From Squalus acanthias (Eukaryota), in the NCBI GenBank assembly GCA_030390025.1, contig CM059445.1:58032001-58096000 (forward strand): DNA of 64,000 nucleotides, in the 5' to 3' direction. A program made the position numbers and the translations under genes. The notes under the pieces are model-generated. The model saw only the letters and a list, made by a program, of their open reading frames with translations, made no database searches and had not been told where the DNA came from. Shown here piece by piece: positions 45,701 to 60,700 of the stretch (within the stretch, counting starts at the first letter, position 1; every line of letters starts with the position of its first letter).

Positions 45701-48700
45701 TCAAGCAAGCAGATGAACAAAAGTTTGAATAATCATCTTTCTTTTTCTTTGCCCCAATTCCCAATTTATCCTCTCCCGCCCAACCCACCCCCCTACCACA
45801 TTAAAGATGTCCGTTCTCGCTGAGGTATGATTCCACAAGCACCAGCAGCTCTTTGGTACCGTGCCCAAGTGTTTATTATTCAAGTGCGAGCCTGGTTAGT
45901 GTCAGCAGGCTATTGAACCGCAGAGGCATCACCGCCTAATATTTCCACTCGGAGTTTGGAGGCTCTTTTCTGGTCTCACCCGATGTCCACACACAATATG
46001 CCCCCAGCTGGGGGTCACTGGACAGCAATGGAGGGGCACTGAGACCACTGAGTTGTCAGAACATAAGAAATAGGAGCAGGAATAGGCCACTTGGCCCCTC
46101 GAGCCTGCTCCGTTCAGAAAGATCGAACCCGACACCTGATTCATTTACTTCTCTTTTAAAGCGTTATTTACTTCTTTTTTCATTTAAACTCGTCTCCCAT
46201 TGCCAGGAAATAAAAACATGCCCAGCTGAAGAAAAATTAAGTCTTTGATACGGACTAGGAGCTAATGGGCCTGAAATTGCAATTGAAGGCTTCCCGAGGG
46301 CGGATGCCTCCGACCTGTAAAAAAAATCTACGAATGTACCTGGTGGCCCGGGAGGCTTGCGATCCTGGGCCTCTCCGGGTCCGCGCGGGCAGAGCCCCAC
46401 CTATCCCGGGGGGCATGCGGTTCGCAAGTGCCCCTGGGATCACATGGGCCAGCCCAACCAATAAAAGGCAGAAATCCCCATTCATACTTATGGGAGTTCT
46501 GTACGTACGGAACTCCCATAAGTATGAATGGGGATCACTTAAAAAATACACGAACACATGAAATAATTTTTTTTTAATTACATATTTAAAATTAATTAAA
46601 ATGCCATTTAATTAAATATTTTAAACGAACATTTTATTTGTTGAAAATTTTTTAAATATGTTTTAACGGGGATAAAAATAAACTTTCCTTATTGGACAGG
46701 GTTTTTAATGTATAATTGAGTGATAACATTTTATTTTTCTATTTTTTAAACTCTTATGCTGGTAAAAGCAGGCCGTACGCCTGCTTTTACCAGGCGTAAG
46801 AATTTCACAGGTATTCAGCGGGTGGAAGTTGTGCAAATAGCGCAACTCTCCACCCGCAGAGGCCCATCTCCTAAACCCGGAACTTGCGCGGCCCCTACGG
46901 GCACGTGCGCACCTCGTACGCACCCGTGGGGGTCGCAAAATACGGCCCAATGTCTTTTATATAGAATCATGGAATGAGACACACAGAAAGAGGCCATTCG
47001 GCCCATCTTGCCAGTGCCTGTTTGGTAGAGCTATCCAATTAATCCCACTTTCCCCATATCCCTGTAAATTTTTTCCCTTCAAATATTTATCCAATTCTCT
47101 TTTGTTAGTTACCATTGAATGTGCTTCCACCGCCCTTTCAGGCAGCGCATTCCAGATCACAACAACTCGCCGCGTAAAAAAATGTTTCCTCATCTCCCCT
47201 CTGGTTCTTTTGCCAATCACCTTAAATCTGTGTCCTCTGGTTACCGACATTTCTGCCACTGGAAACAGTTTCTCCTTATTCACTCTATCAAAACCGTACG
47301 GCATGTATATGTAAAATCCGATTTGTACCATGTACTGAAGTTTCGATGTACATCAGTGTTTCTTACCTTTATAAATTGGAGCATTTTCTTCACCATCCCA
47401 GCTTTCACTACCTTTTCCACTGCTTCATCAGACTGAGGGAGCAAGTGACTCAAAAGCCCTGTTGTTCTCTGAAAAATGACAAAAATGACCAACTCTCAAA
47501 GTAGCAAGTAGTGTGAAGCAGAGGATTCATTCGCAACACGTTAGACCGCTCTCTTAAACCACCCAGATTGACCTCTCATTGTGAATTCCTGTTAGTGCAG
47601 CTGCTTCCAATTACTGAGTGAAACGCTGCAGGAATAGACGGTACTCACTGTGAGAATCCCACCATCTACGCTGCCAAGCAGGGAGATGCACCTTTCTGTA
47701 ATAGCTGGAGCTTTGACCTAAAACACATGGAGAGAAAGTAAGAAAGGAAAAGCTAGAGACCACAGACAGGTGATTTATTTACAACCTTGACCCCATTTCT
47801 AAAAGTTCTTATACAAATCCCTTTACTCTTCCATCCCTTTCAGCACTGCAGTCACATTCCAACGCCACAAATATAAGTGAGTGCTTTATATTTTACATCG
47901 TTTTAAAAATTAAATTGAAGGATGCACTTAAGAGGACTCAATTTAGTCAGTTCTGTCCCTTCACAATTAGTGCCTTAGTCAATGCATGGTAATGTATTAC
48001 AGATTTTTCATTCAGTGCTAATTATGCCAAAAGTAGGGCTTGCTGTCAAAATAATCACTCTGCAATAAGTGGCATATAGCTGGTAGCATTACTGCAGGCA
48101 GAACAGTCTTACCGAATATCTTTAAAAGAAGAATCCATCCCCACTGATTCAAAGAAACCAGGGAGGGTCCAGCATCCAATCCCCACTTTATGCTGAATTA
48201 GCTAGTCTCAGCGGGCCAAAATGTCTCAAGGACAGGAAGGTTCTCATTCCTGATTGCTGTCCAGTGAGTCTTGCGGGGAAAGTGCATGTGAGAATATCTG
48301 CTGCAGACAGGATCAGGATCGATCGTGATGCCCTATATGGGTGAATAGCCTGCCAAGACTAACTACCCAGACCCACACATGAAATCAAGTGGAAAGTCGA
48401 ACACTCGGATTAAAAACGGGCCATAATTCATTTCTTGTAAAAGTACCGGGGGGCGGGGGAAAGATGAGGATTTTTTTTTCTTGCACAGCGAGTTGTTGTG
48501 ATCTGGAACGCGCTGCCTGAAAGGGCGGTGGAAGCAGATTCAATAGTTACTTTCAAAAGGGAATTGGATAAATACTTGAAGGGGAAAAAAATGACAGGGC
48601 TATGGGCAAAGAGCTGGGGGAGTGGGAATAATTCGATAGCCTGTTCAAAGAGCCGGCACAGGCACAATGGGCCACATGGCCTCCTTCTGTGCTGCATCAT

Positions 48701-51700
48701 TCTAGGAATTGCACTCCAGCATGAGGCACTGCCTTCAGAGGAAAAGTGGGAAAATGTTTGAAAAACAGTATCTAAAGATGAGCTCTTGCTGTCCTTGTCC
48801 TTAATTTCGTACCTGGATGGCGCCGCATTGTTCTATGGATAAGTTTACCATCAGGCCTAGGAGAGCGTACAGGCTTTCCCTGTACTCCGCCTCGGTTGAC
48901 ATACCCTCATCCTGTGCAAATGGAGAGACATTGTTATTAAAAGTTGGGTGACCATCGAGTATTTGAGACGCAACAGCCTCAAGTCTACACATAAAACACA
49001 GGCTTAGAAATCAGTGGGATGTAATGTCATTGCCATTTGAAACCTCAGATGATGTCGTGGAAGCAGTTAAATTAAGGAGAAATATTAAGGTAGTTTGGGC
49101 CAAGTATAGACCACTTTGACCACCCAGCCCACTCCTTCCACTATCTCAATCGTGGACTTTCAACCCATCCCCCCAATCCAAGATTTCTTAACTTTCTTCC
49201 AACTCCTATGAGAATCAAACAGATTTTATTAGTATTTCTTTAACCATCAATCCCTTTTCTGTAACCCACCGCTGCCGTGGCACAGTTAAACTTTAACAGT
49301 AGGAGAATGGGACATGGGTTGAAACTGACAAAAATTTAAAACTGATGTCAGGAAATTCTTCTTCATGCTGAGAGTGATCAACACCTGGATTGGATGTCTA
49401 GACAAAGTGATGGAAGCAAGATCCCCTGGAATCATCAATGAGACTTTTGGATGATGTAATTGGAGAGGGGAACATTTCTTCTGGGTGGGTGAGCTAAGAT
49501 GACCCTCTTCATTCATATCGATCTTGTGTGCTTGTGCTCCAATAAGCTGTCCCATCTGAACCCACAACCCGTTTGTATGCTAACAGGATAATTTCACCAA
49601 CGTTAGGTGCATTGTTCAGATTACACATTTACTCTGATTATAGCCCAATTTAGAAAGAACTTGACTTGATATAGCACCTTTCATGTCCTCAGAAACCCCC
49701 AAAATGCTTCACAGCCAAAGAAGTACTTTTTGAAGAGTAGTCACTGTTGTAAATTGGCAAACACAGCAGCCAATTTGCACACAGCAAGGTCCCACAAACA
49801 GAAACGAGATAAATGACCAGATAATCTGTTTTATGGTGGTGTTGGTTGAAGGACAAATGTTGGCCAGGATACCGGGAGAACGCCCCTGTTCTTCTTCGAA
49901 TAGTATCATGGAATCTTTTACATCCACTTGAGAGGGCAGATGGGGCCTTGGTTTAACGGCTCGTCCGAAAGACGGCACCTCCGTTCTAAACTGTGTCAAT
50001 CTCGATTATGGTTTAGAAATTGACGCAACCATTATGTGCCTAATGAGGCTGGCGACAGGACCATGCAAAATTGGTCCGCCGGTCTCATTAGGATAGTCCC
50101 GGCGAGCTGCAAGCGCCAGTAGTGGCTCCAGAGGCAGCTCGACAGTCGGGTGTGGGGGGGGAGGCGCAAACGGGGGGGGGGGGGGGGGGGGGGGAAGCAA
50201 GAACGGGCGGATGGGACGTCTGCTGAGGTCCTCAGATGAGTCCGGGGCAGGAGGCAATCAGGAGGGGGCAAGCAAGTCGCTGGCAGCGCCACATTAAAGG
50301 TAAGTAAAAAAAACTTTAAACTTGTCTTTTGAGCGGCAGCCTCCAGCAGTCCCTTTAAAGACTGCTGGTTTGGCTGCTCCGTGCTTGAGAAAACAGACTG
50401 AAAAATTGTAAAAATTACTTTGCGACAGACTTTGCGTATTAGGCTCATTGGGGGCCTCATGCCAATTTCAGGCGGGCGTGCTGGACAACTACAGGGCACC
50501 CTAACCAACATGGCGTGCGGTGCACATCCGGTGCAGAATGAGCATGCAATATTGGGTCCTGCAACACCCATTGGTCGCCCGAATAAAGTGAGCACTGCGT
50601 AATCAAACCATCTGACTCAGAGGCAAGAGAGCAAGGCTGACACTTGTCATCTAATTCCTATAAACTATGCAGCCACCCGTCACACAATTCCGACTATTCC
50701 AACAAGGTTAATAATGAAAAGCAGTTACAAATAAAGACAGCATGAAATACGTCACATTTCTGACTGCTTTCCAGATGATGAGAATTAAACATGAAACAGA
50801 AAGTTATTATAAATCTTTCACTGTCAATGCCTGATAACAAGAAAAGTTGTTTGTCATAAAAGAGAGGTACTCACTAAATAGGAATCAGCGTCATTAGTTA
50901 ATATCCTAAATGGACACAGGAAATTGCTAACTCAAGATAAAAGTTATGGAAACTCAAGTTTTTCCGCATTCTCAGGAAACTTACGATAGCAATTAGGCAC
51001 GATTCCCAGAATTCTTCTCTTCCTGCTACTTGCCCATAAATTGTCTTGTCAGACGCTAAGCTCCCTATGACTGAAATGCACTGCGGAAAGATCTGCTTAT
51101 TCGTCAACTTCAAGTTTCTCTGCAACAAATATCAAACCAGCAAAAATAAAATGTGTATTAGAAACAGTAAAGTGAATAGCTGGAGCATGTGTACTGAGTA
51201 CTTACTAACAGCACCAGATCCCCTGAGGTATTATAAAGGTAATGTTCAAATAGACACACACACACACACACACACACAAAGTTAAGTGACTGGTGAATAT
51301 GTGGGAAGCCTCAGTACGAATTCCTTACCAAGAGGATTTCAAATGATGGTAACACATGGAACGCAAAAACATTTCGACAATGCTTTTTAAACCTAATGGG
51401 GGGAAAAAGCGAAGGTGTTATTGCCATACAAACCGTTACGCTAAAATCACAAAAATGTTCACCATTTCAGAAAACAAAATGTCATATATATGCCGGCAAC
51501 ACCTTTCAATATGGGATTTTAGGCTCTGCCATAGGCTTTTAATAGTCCCAATTTTATCAGCCAAAGCACAGTGTTGAGGAATCATGACTGACATCACTTC
51601 AGAAGAAGTATCCGATTAATATGACGCTCTTTGGGGGAAAAATTCGGTTGCTTTGGCCTCCCGTTAGCGCCCCCTGGGCGCAAAGCACCTAGCGCCCGGG

Positions 51701-54700
51701 CGCAGCGCCGCTAACGCCTCCCGCGAAATTCAGCGGGAGGTTAGCGGCGGCGGTAGCCGGTAGCACCCCGCGGCGATGACGTCATCGCCGTATGCAGCAC
51801 CCCAGCCGCAAACTTGGCTCGCGCCCCCTGATCTACCACCGGACGCTATGTCCGACAGGGTCAGGGTGGCCTTTCAGCGGCCGGGGCAGCGATAATTAAA
51901 GGGCCAGTGCCGGGTGGCCATTTTTTTTGGGCCGTCTGCCAGCACCTGCCCCCTCTCGCCACCTCCTGCGGGGTGCCAGCTGTGATCCGTCAGTCCGGCA
52001 CTCCTCTTGAGTGCTAGGCTCTTTTACCTGCACCCCGCTCCCCGGTGGTCCAGCAGGGCCCCGGTGCGTGCTGTGCTAGGCCCCTCCCCTTTAATCAGGG
52101 GAGGGAGGCCTGCAGTACCGCAGTGCTACGTGCCGACGCGTGTGGCGCTGCTGCACGTAGCGCCGCGATATTCAATGGCAGCGCCCCAAGAGGGAGGGGG
52201 AGCGCTTTCAGTAGCGCCCCGCCTCCTGCTTGGGGCGCTACCATTCAATTTCAGGCACGGGGGTATTAACTTTTTCGGGGCGCTCCGAAGTTAGCGCCCC
52301 AAAGGGGGCACGAGCCAATTTTTCCCCCCCTTGATATTTTCAATCGAGGGCCTTTTAGCTGTCTACGATTGAGATACTCAGATTAAGCCTGGCCTGGCCA
52401 ATTTGCGTCCCACCTCCCCTTGACTTGTGGACCTAAGTAGAGTTAGGTTTCACGTGTCTCGGTGCCTCCTTTCGCAGCTTGCCTGGCTGTCGGAGGTGGC
52501 GTGAGCTGTGCTTCAGTGCTGTTCCCTTCTTTTCTTGCTCTCCAACAAAATGAGGCAAGGGAATGCTACTGAGAGCTGGGGTTATCCAAGTGTCCATGCA
52601 GCAAGTGAAAGGGCCTTAAAATAATGGCACGATTGGTCTTATAGATTTTTCCCTTCTACCTGTGAGGAAGTGGCTAGCCTGGACTTGATCACTGAGAACA
52701 GTGGCAAGACTGAAATACCGTCCCCATTATTGAACTTTCACAGCTAAAGCCCAAATTTGTGGATGTCAACAACTCAATACTAATTATAATTTGAATCTGC
52801 TTTGGTTTCAACAAACCCTGTAAAAGTGTTGCATTTAAAAAAAAATAAACAAGGCTACCAAATTCAAGAAATGCAAAATAAACTCTATGGGGGAAAAATT
52901 CAGCTGCTTGCGCCTCCCGTTAGCGCCTTAAGAGGGCGCTAATGGAGCGTAAAGCAGCTAACGCCCGGGCGCAGCGCCGCCCACGCCTCCCGAAAAATTC
53001 AGCGGGAGGTTAGCGGCGGCGCCAGCCGGTAGCGCCCTGTGGCGCTGCGCCGCCGGCGATGACGTCATCGCCGTGCGCAGCACCCCGCTCGCGCTCCAGC
53101 CGCGATCTTCAGTCGCGCCCCCTGACTTACCGCCAGACGCTATGTCCGACGGGTTCAGGGAGGCGTACGTGCGGCCGGGGCGGCGATATTTAAAGGGGAG
53201 GTGGCAGGCGGCCATTTTTTGTTGCTGGCCGCCTGCCAGCACCTGCCCCCGTTGCTGTCCCCGGCCCCCGTGAAGCCCCCCCACCGTGAAGTGCCGGCTG
53301 CGCTCCAAGAGCCCGGCACTTCTCTTGAGTGCCGGGCTCTTTTGCCGGCACTCCCGATCCCTGGGGGCCCAGCTGGGCCCCGGTTCGCGCTGCGCAGGGT
53401 CCCTCCCCTTTAAGAAGGGGAGGAAGGCCTGCAATACCGCGGCGCGACGTGCCGCAGCGCCACGTAGCGCCAGGATATTCCCTCGCAGCGCCCCAAGAGG
53501 GATGCGGGGTGCTTCCAGTGGCGCCCCGCTTCCCTCTTGGGGCGCAACCACTGAAGTTCCGGCGCGGGGCCGCTAATTTTTTCGGGGCGCTAAAAGTCGC
53601 GCCCCGGCGAGGTTAGCGCCCCAAATGGGGCGCGACTCAATTGTTACCCCTATGTTTGGCCAAATTAAAAACAAAAGGAAGAGAATGAATGAATACCACA
53701 CTCACAATACTATTTCCCAATTCCTTTGCTACTTATCTCTCTCATGATAGTCACACCTAGATTGGCTAGCCCAATCAAAATCATTCTCTGACATCTACAA
53801 GGTTTCATTCGACTCATACTTGTAAGTTATTCTTGAGGACTTTCTTTGAATCATACTCAACAGGAAAATAAGAATTAACAATTGAGAGATCCTCACTGTA
53901 TACTATGAAGTCCTTCCGTAGCACTGCTCGGTGAGTCTGGGATATAGAATCTTGGTTAGACCACACTTGGGATTACTGTGCGCAGTTCTGGTCTCCATAT
54001 TATAAAATAGGATACAGAGGTACTGGAGAAGGTGCAAAAAAGATTCACAAGGATGATACCAGAACCAAGAGGTTATTGAACAGGCTGGGGCTTGGTTCTC
54101 TAGAAAAGAGAAGACTGAGGGGCGACCTGATAGAGGTCTTTAAGATTATGAAGGGTTTGATAGGGTAGACGTAGAGAAGATGTTTCCACTTCTGACCAAA
54201 ACAAGGGGCATAAATATAAGATAGTCACTAATAAATCCAATAGGGAAATCAGGATAAAATTCTTTACCCAGAGAGTGGTTAGAATGTGGAACTTTCTACC
54301 GTAAGGTGTAGTTGAGGCGAATAGGATAGATACATTTAAGGGGAAGCTAGGTAAGTATATGAAAGAGAAAGGAATAGAAGGATATGTTGATACGGTTAGA
54401 TGAAGTGGGGTGGGAGGAGGCTCATGTGGAGGATACACACCAGCACAGACCTGTTGGGCCGAATGGCCTTTTTCTGTGCTGGAAATACTGTGTAATTCTA
54501 TGTAAATTGTGGACCTTCCATGGCATTTATCATGGCAAGTCTGGGCTATGCTGTTTAAAATGGAGATCAAATTACAAATAAGAAGTCTCAGGGTAGACAC
54601 ACCAGCAGGAATGGACGATCTGCTGGTGGGCACTGCGGAGTGCCAGGGGCTGGTTGAAGGAGCAATGATCTCTGCTTCTGGCTGGGCAAAAGGATTCGAA

Positions 54701-57700
54701 AACACTACATTGTACACGCAAACACAAGGCTTTTAATAAGGTAGATAGAGCAATAATGAGAGAAAGATAGATGTAAATTTTTGAAGCAGAAAAAAAAAAG
54801 TTAAGGTTACTTGTTCTCTGGCACGAGGTTGGTGAGGATTCCCATGGCATCACCAGCGGCTGCATCAGGGCAATTCACAAATCCCATCAGGATCTGCATC
54901 AACCTACACAAAAAGGCAATTAACACCAGCCAAGTCAGTCAGGAAAGAACTCACATTTATACAGTTCCTTCTCATAATCCCAGAACATCCCTAAGCGTTT
55001 TAATACCAATGGATAATTTTTGAAGTGCAGTCACATATCATATATACTACACTGACACCATTATGCTGACTGATATTGTCGCTATATATTATGGCGCAGT
55101 GTTTTTGTTGACTGACTTGCGACAATATTTTTTCCCCCCGCTAACTGAAGCTTTCAAAATAGTCCTGGTAGTGAAAGAAGGAAAATATAAGGAGATTGCT
55201 TTTTATTTGAAGTACTCCTTTTTAATAGAAGCAAATGACAAACCCACTTTTATTATCAAAATATCAATTAAGTTTTCAGCATGGACCCTCTGGAGAAGGA
55301 GCTTCCTTCCCCTACTAGGCCGCCCATGCAAAATTAAGATGGGAATGCCTTGGAGCGACTCCATTGCGAATAAATGGGTCGGAGACCCAGGAAACTATAC
55401 CGCCAGACTGGTTATTCCATTTTTTTCCATCCCATGATGGTATCTTCCTTCAGGTGGTAAATTAATGAGCAATGGGCTCCTGTATAACTGGGCCAGATCC
55501 CCATGCCTAGCACTTAGGTCACCTGTTGCAAGACATGCTAGATTAGGTCAATTTTTCACACCCATTTCAGTGGTAATGGCAATATTTCTACAACTGATTA
55601 AACTCCATCAAAAATCTTTGAATGCTTAAAGAATCAGAATTAAGATGGTAGCTGAACCAACTTTACCCATATAGTAAGACTTTAATTGTCCTGCACTGGG
55701 AAACTGAGGATACCAGGCCAACTGCAAGCATCAATCTGCCTATCTTTAATTTCCCCATACAATACAGGTATGTGTCAATTATCCCTTCACTTATTTATAA
55801 TCTTCGTTGTTGCAATGCCTTCTCATTAAAAAAATAAGAATTAGGAGCAGGAGTAGGTCATACGGCCCCTTGAGCCTGCTCCGCCATTCAATAAGATCAT
55901 GGCTGATCTTCGAGCTCAACTCCACTTTCCCACCCGATCCCCATATCCCTTGATTCCCTTAGAGTCCAAAAATCTATCAATCTCAGGGTTAAATATACTC
56001 AACGACTGAGCATCCACAGCTCTCTGGGGTAGAGAATTCCAAAGATTCACAACCCTCCGAGTGAAGAAATTTCTCCTCTTCTCAATCCTAAATGGCCGAC
56101 CCCTTTTCCTGAAAAGTTGAACTGACCTCACATACAGACAAGTTCACCATCCCTTCCTTCTCCAACCTCATCACAAAAAGGAAAAACTCTATTTGCGCTT
56201 TTACATGGATGATAGAGGGGATTACCTGGTTAAATTCAGATTGCACAGCAGTAAACCTCTGCCATAGTCGGACAACAAGTAAATGGATAGTAGAGCTAGG
56301 CACTCCTTGTAGATTTCACTCTCCTTACATGACAACAGATCCAGTAACGTTTCACTAGTATCAGAAGAAGTGATAAGTAATCGCTGGTTTTCCTCTATAA
56401 ATAAAAGAAAAAGTTACGGATTAAAGATGCAAACAAAGTTTGCCAGACTTTTTAATCAACCCAAATTGAAATCTGTAAAATGAATGCCATTTATTTTGCA
56501 TTACTTCTGAAATCTTTCTGGAAAAGGCTTTGCGTCCTGGTTTCATTCTCACGTCTTGTTAACTGGAAGAACAAATTCATAATCTCACCCTGCCCCCACA
56601 GAGACCGCTATTTCAATTTGCCGTTTATTACATAATACGAGAATGACCAAGGAGATGAAAGGCCATTCAGCCCACTGAAATTCATTCCTTTTGTACCCTA
56701 ACTCTGCCAGTCTGGCATCCAACTGCATGTTGAGTGCCTTTATATCTACGTCCTTATCTGGCAGATTATTCAAAATATCTAACAGCTACTGAGGAAAGGA
56801 ATTCTCAGTTTTAACGTTACTTCTACTGTCCTCTGGCCATAATTTTCTGACTTATTTTCAAGTAATTACATAGGATTACATAGGATATACGGCACAGCAC
56901 CAGTCCATGCCGGCGTTTATGCTCCACAAGAGCCTCCTCCCGTCTTTCCTCATCTAAATCTATCAGCATAACCCTCTATTCCCTTTTCCCTCATATGCTT
57001 GTCTAGCCTCCCCTTAAATGCATCGACGCTATTCGCCTCAACCACTCCCTGTGGTAGCGGGTTCCACATTCTCACCACTCTCTGGGTAAAGAAGTTTCTC
57101 CCGAATTCCCTATTGGATTTCTTGGTGACTATCTTATATTGATGGCCTCTAGTTATGCTCTTCCCCACAAGTGGAAACATTCTCTCTGTATCCACTCTAT
57201 CAAAATGTTTCATAATTTTAAAGACCTCAATTAGGTCACCCCTCAGCCTTCTTTTTTCAAGAGAAAAGAGACCCAGCCTGTTCATCCTTTCCTGATATGT
57301 ATACCCTCGCATTTCTGGTTTCATCCTTGTAAATCTTCTCTGCACCCTCTCCAGTGCCTCTATATCCATTTTATAATATGGTGACCAGAACTGTACGCAG
57401 TACTTTTAAGTGTGGTCTAACCAAGGTTCAATACAGGTTTAGCATAACTTCCTTACTTTTCAATTCTATCCCTCTGGAAATAAATCCTAGTGCTTGGTTT
57501 GCTATTTTTATGGTCTTGCTAACCTGTGTCGCAACTTTTAGTGATTTGTGTATTCTGGGTTTACTTTATCCGCACCAGTTAATATTTTATAAACTGAGGT
57601 CCCCGCCTTAGCCGCCTTCTCTTATAGACTGTGCAGCTTACGGACTTCAAATCTTCAGGACATCATCTCGTTGTTTGTAATTAAAAGCTTTACTTTTTCT

Positions 57701-60700
57701 TCATTCCCTCTCCTCTCCTAGATGCACTAATTTGACAGATTACAGTAAAGCAAGCGCTGGTCTGTTACAAAGATTGACCTATTAACTCTATAAGAATAGG
57801 TGCATCGAATTACCATTTCCACGAGAGACTGCCTGCCACAGCACGAGGACAGAAACACATAGCTCCACCTCACACGGCTCCTTCACTGAGCTGTTAAGAC
57901 TCCTGTTAAAGGCATGAATGATAGATAATATGTACTTTTGGCTCTTGCAAAATTATACAAATAAAAAAAGCTTGGGATTACATAGAATTACAAAGAATAT
58001 ACACGGAAACAGGCCATTCGGCCCAATCAGTCGATGCTGGTGTTTGAGCCTCCTCCCATCCTTCCTTATCTAACGCCATCAGTATAACCCTCTATTCCCT
58101 TCTCCCGCTTAGATGTTCAAAAATTAGTAAAATCAGTGGTTGCCCGAGTCCTTTACAAAAGGACAACATTTATTCAATTTAGTGAAAGAAAATGCAACAC
58201 ACTTTTATACATTATTACAGAAAGAAATGTCTTCAATTTATGTCATTCTTTTCACTAATTATCACGTAGTTTTGCAATTGCTCAAAGGGCATTTACTATG
58301 AGAAATACACATTGGTAAAGAGATAACATTTCATGCATGTGGGGTAGTGCGCGGTTCGTGCACATCTCAGCGATAGCTTTTGAATCTAAACTGTATGTAT
58401 GCTTGCTGCGATAAAGGCGAGTCTATGCTGCTGGAGTCTGATGTACCAGTTCCACTGCGGCTGCTATGAAGCCCAACTGGTGTGTGGGGCCCACCTCCTC
58501 GAGATGGTTTCACAATGCTTGCCAGAACTTGACCTGCTGTCAGATAAGCAGTTCTTCCACTGGTGCAAATCAGAACGCATGTCACCATCACACCACGACT
58601 GGACTGTTATTTATTCACACTCGCACCAAATAGCAGGTTTTCCAGGCACTATGGTACCTGGCCAAGTGCCAGCTATAAAGGTTAATAGATGCAAAATTCA
58701 TTTCAATGCATCTCTATGTTGTTCTTAACTTCCAAGCCTTCGGTTGGTCTCAGCGTCGGTGTTACCTGATACTGGTACGGACAACAGCCACAGTTCCTTA
58801 CCTTCTTATAATCTCATTGTCCTTGATAACACTGAATCCACCGTTTGTTCTGAATAAAGTCTGTTCAGTGCCTGCAACAACAGATAAAAGACATATTCAT
58901 GACAAAGTTTAAAAATAAACTAATGCCCATCGTCCTTTATTGCAGATAATGTGTCACATTCCAAAAACAAGAAATAATGGAAATACAATAGAGAGCCAAC
59001 ACCATTTGAAAATAATGTTTCAAGTTTATCAGGACCAGAAACTAAGAGATAAGCAAGCCCATTTTATAGGACTGAACAAAACAAAGGGATGGGGGAGAAA
59101 ACAGGTGAAAGTCAAGAGTCAGGAAACCAACCTCCTAACACAAAGAAATAATTAAAGACTGTATTAGCCTGTGAGTGAAAAATCTGCAGAGAGGTACAAA
59201 AGTCCCGGATTGTGACTTTTTTTTAAATTCACTTATGGGATTTAGGCGTCGCTGGCAAGGCCAGCATTTATTGCCCATCCCTAATTGTGACTTGAAGGCA
59301 CAACCTTCGGAGGTGAGAGTGTGCCAGTCCAATGAGTCAAGCTCTACTGTGCCTACCAATCCTTTTCTAATAATTCCAGAAAAACCATCCCAATAACCAG
59401 TCTCCATACTTTATGCCCAGCATCCATGAAACCGTACCCCAGCTGGGCTTCCCTCTTTAAGGGAGAGGAGAAAAGGCAGAGCAGGGGGAATGGGTAAGAA
59501 TTGTTTTTAATCTAATTTGTGTACTGAATAGGCTATGGATTTTGATTAGTTAGAAACACATCAAATATTCTTCCTTCCTTCCTTTTATTATATTACTTTT
59601 TCTTCTGTGTTTAATACTTTGCAGCAACTTATTGCCCTGAAACCAAAATGAGGGGATTAGGTAGTAAGGGGCATAAAGTATGGAGACTTGTTATTGGATG
59701 GTCTTTCTGGAGTTATTAGAAAAGGATTGGTAGACACAATTTTCAGAACCATAAGAACATAAGAATTAGGAGCAGGAGTAGGCCATATGGCCCCTCGAGC
59801 CTGCTCCGCTATTCAATAAGATCATGGCTGATCTTCAACCTCAACTCCACTTTCCCGTCCGATCCCCATATCCCTTGATTCCCTTAGAGTCCAAAAATCT
59901 ATCTCAGCCTTGAATATACTCAATGACTCAGCATCCACAGCCCTTTGGGGTAGAGAATTCCAAAGATTCACAACCCTCTGAGTGAAGAAATTTCACTTCA
60001 TCTCAGACCTAAATGGCCGACCCCTTAGCCTGAGACTGTGACCCCTCGTTCTAGACTCTCCAGCCAGGGGAAACATCCTCTCAGCATCTACCCTGTCAAT
60101 CCACCTCGTTGTTCTAAACTCCAGAGAGTTTAGGCCCAATCTACTCAACAACCCTGGCAGATGTGAGTCTGGAGGTAAAATATTCCAGTCTTGGAATTGC
60201 CTTTTACTTGAACCTGTCTGCCCCAAGTCAGAAGAATCTTCTCAGTTGGATTCCCCGATACATGACAGAATCTTGTAGGAGGCCATTCAGCCCATCGTGC
60301 TGTGCCGTCTCTTTGAAAGAGCCGTTCAATTTAGCCCCAGCTTTTCCCCTATAACCCAAACATTAGTCCTCTTCAAAAAGTAGATGTCCAGTTGCCTTTT
60401 GAAAGTTCCTATGGAATCTGCTTCCACCACCCTTTCAGGTAGTGCGTCCCATGATATGGAATTGAACCATACAAACCAGGAGCATGTTGGCTTCAAAAAC
60501 CACAGTTTATGTTGAGTCAGCGAATCTCAGCTGCACCAGTAGTAAGAGCACTATAATTGGCCTCAGCACCCCAGGCCAGTGAAGAAAAAAAAAACAGATC
60601 CTGATCACTATCCAGACATCTGCAGAAAAGTGAACATGCGAGGTAACAAACGGGCTAGGTTGCATGAACTGATGGACAGCGCCAATTATATACTCTATTC

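Noticed and set aside
48111-48192. Possible extra TTC12 exon (CAG...CG|GTAAG)
   Set aside because: It would break the phase-0 junction between 48813 and 47717, overlaps an old repeat, and has no TTC12-like sequence.
52958-53551. 197-aa and other Ala/Gly/Arg-rich ORFs at 35-37 kb and 50-53.6 kb
   Set aside because: They fall inside GC-rich MITEs where stops are rare on all frames; no domain motifs.
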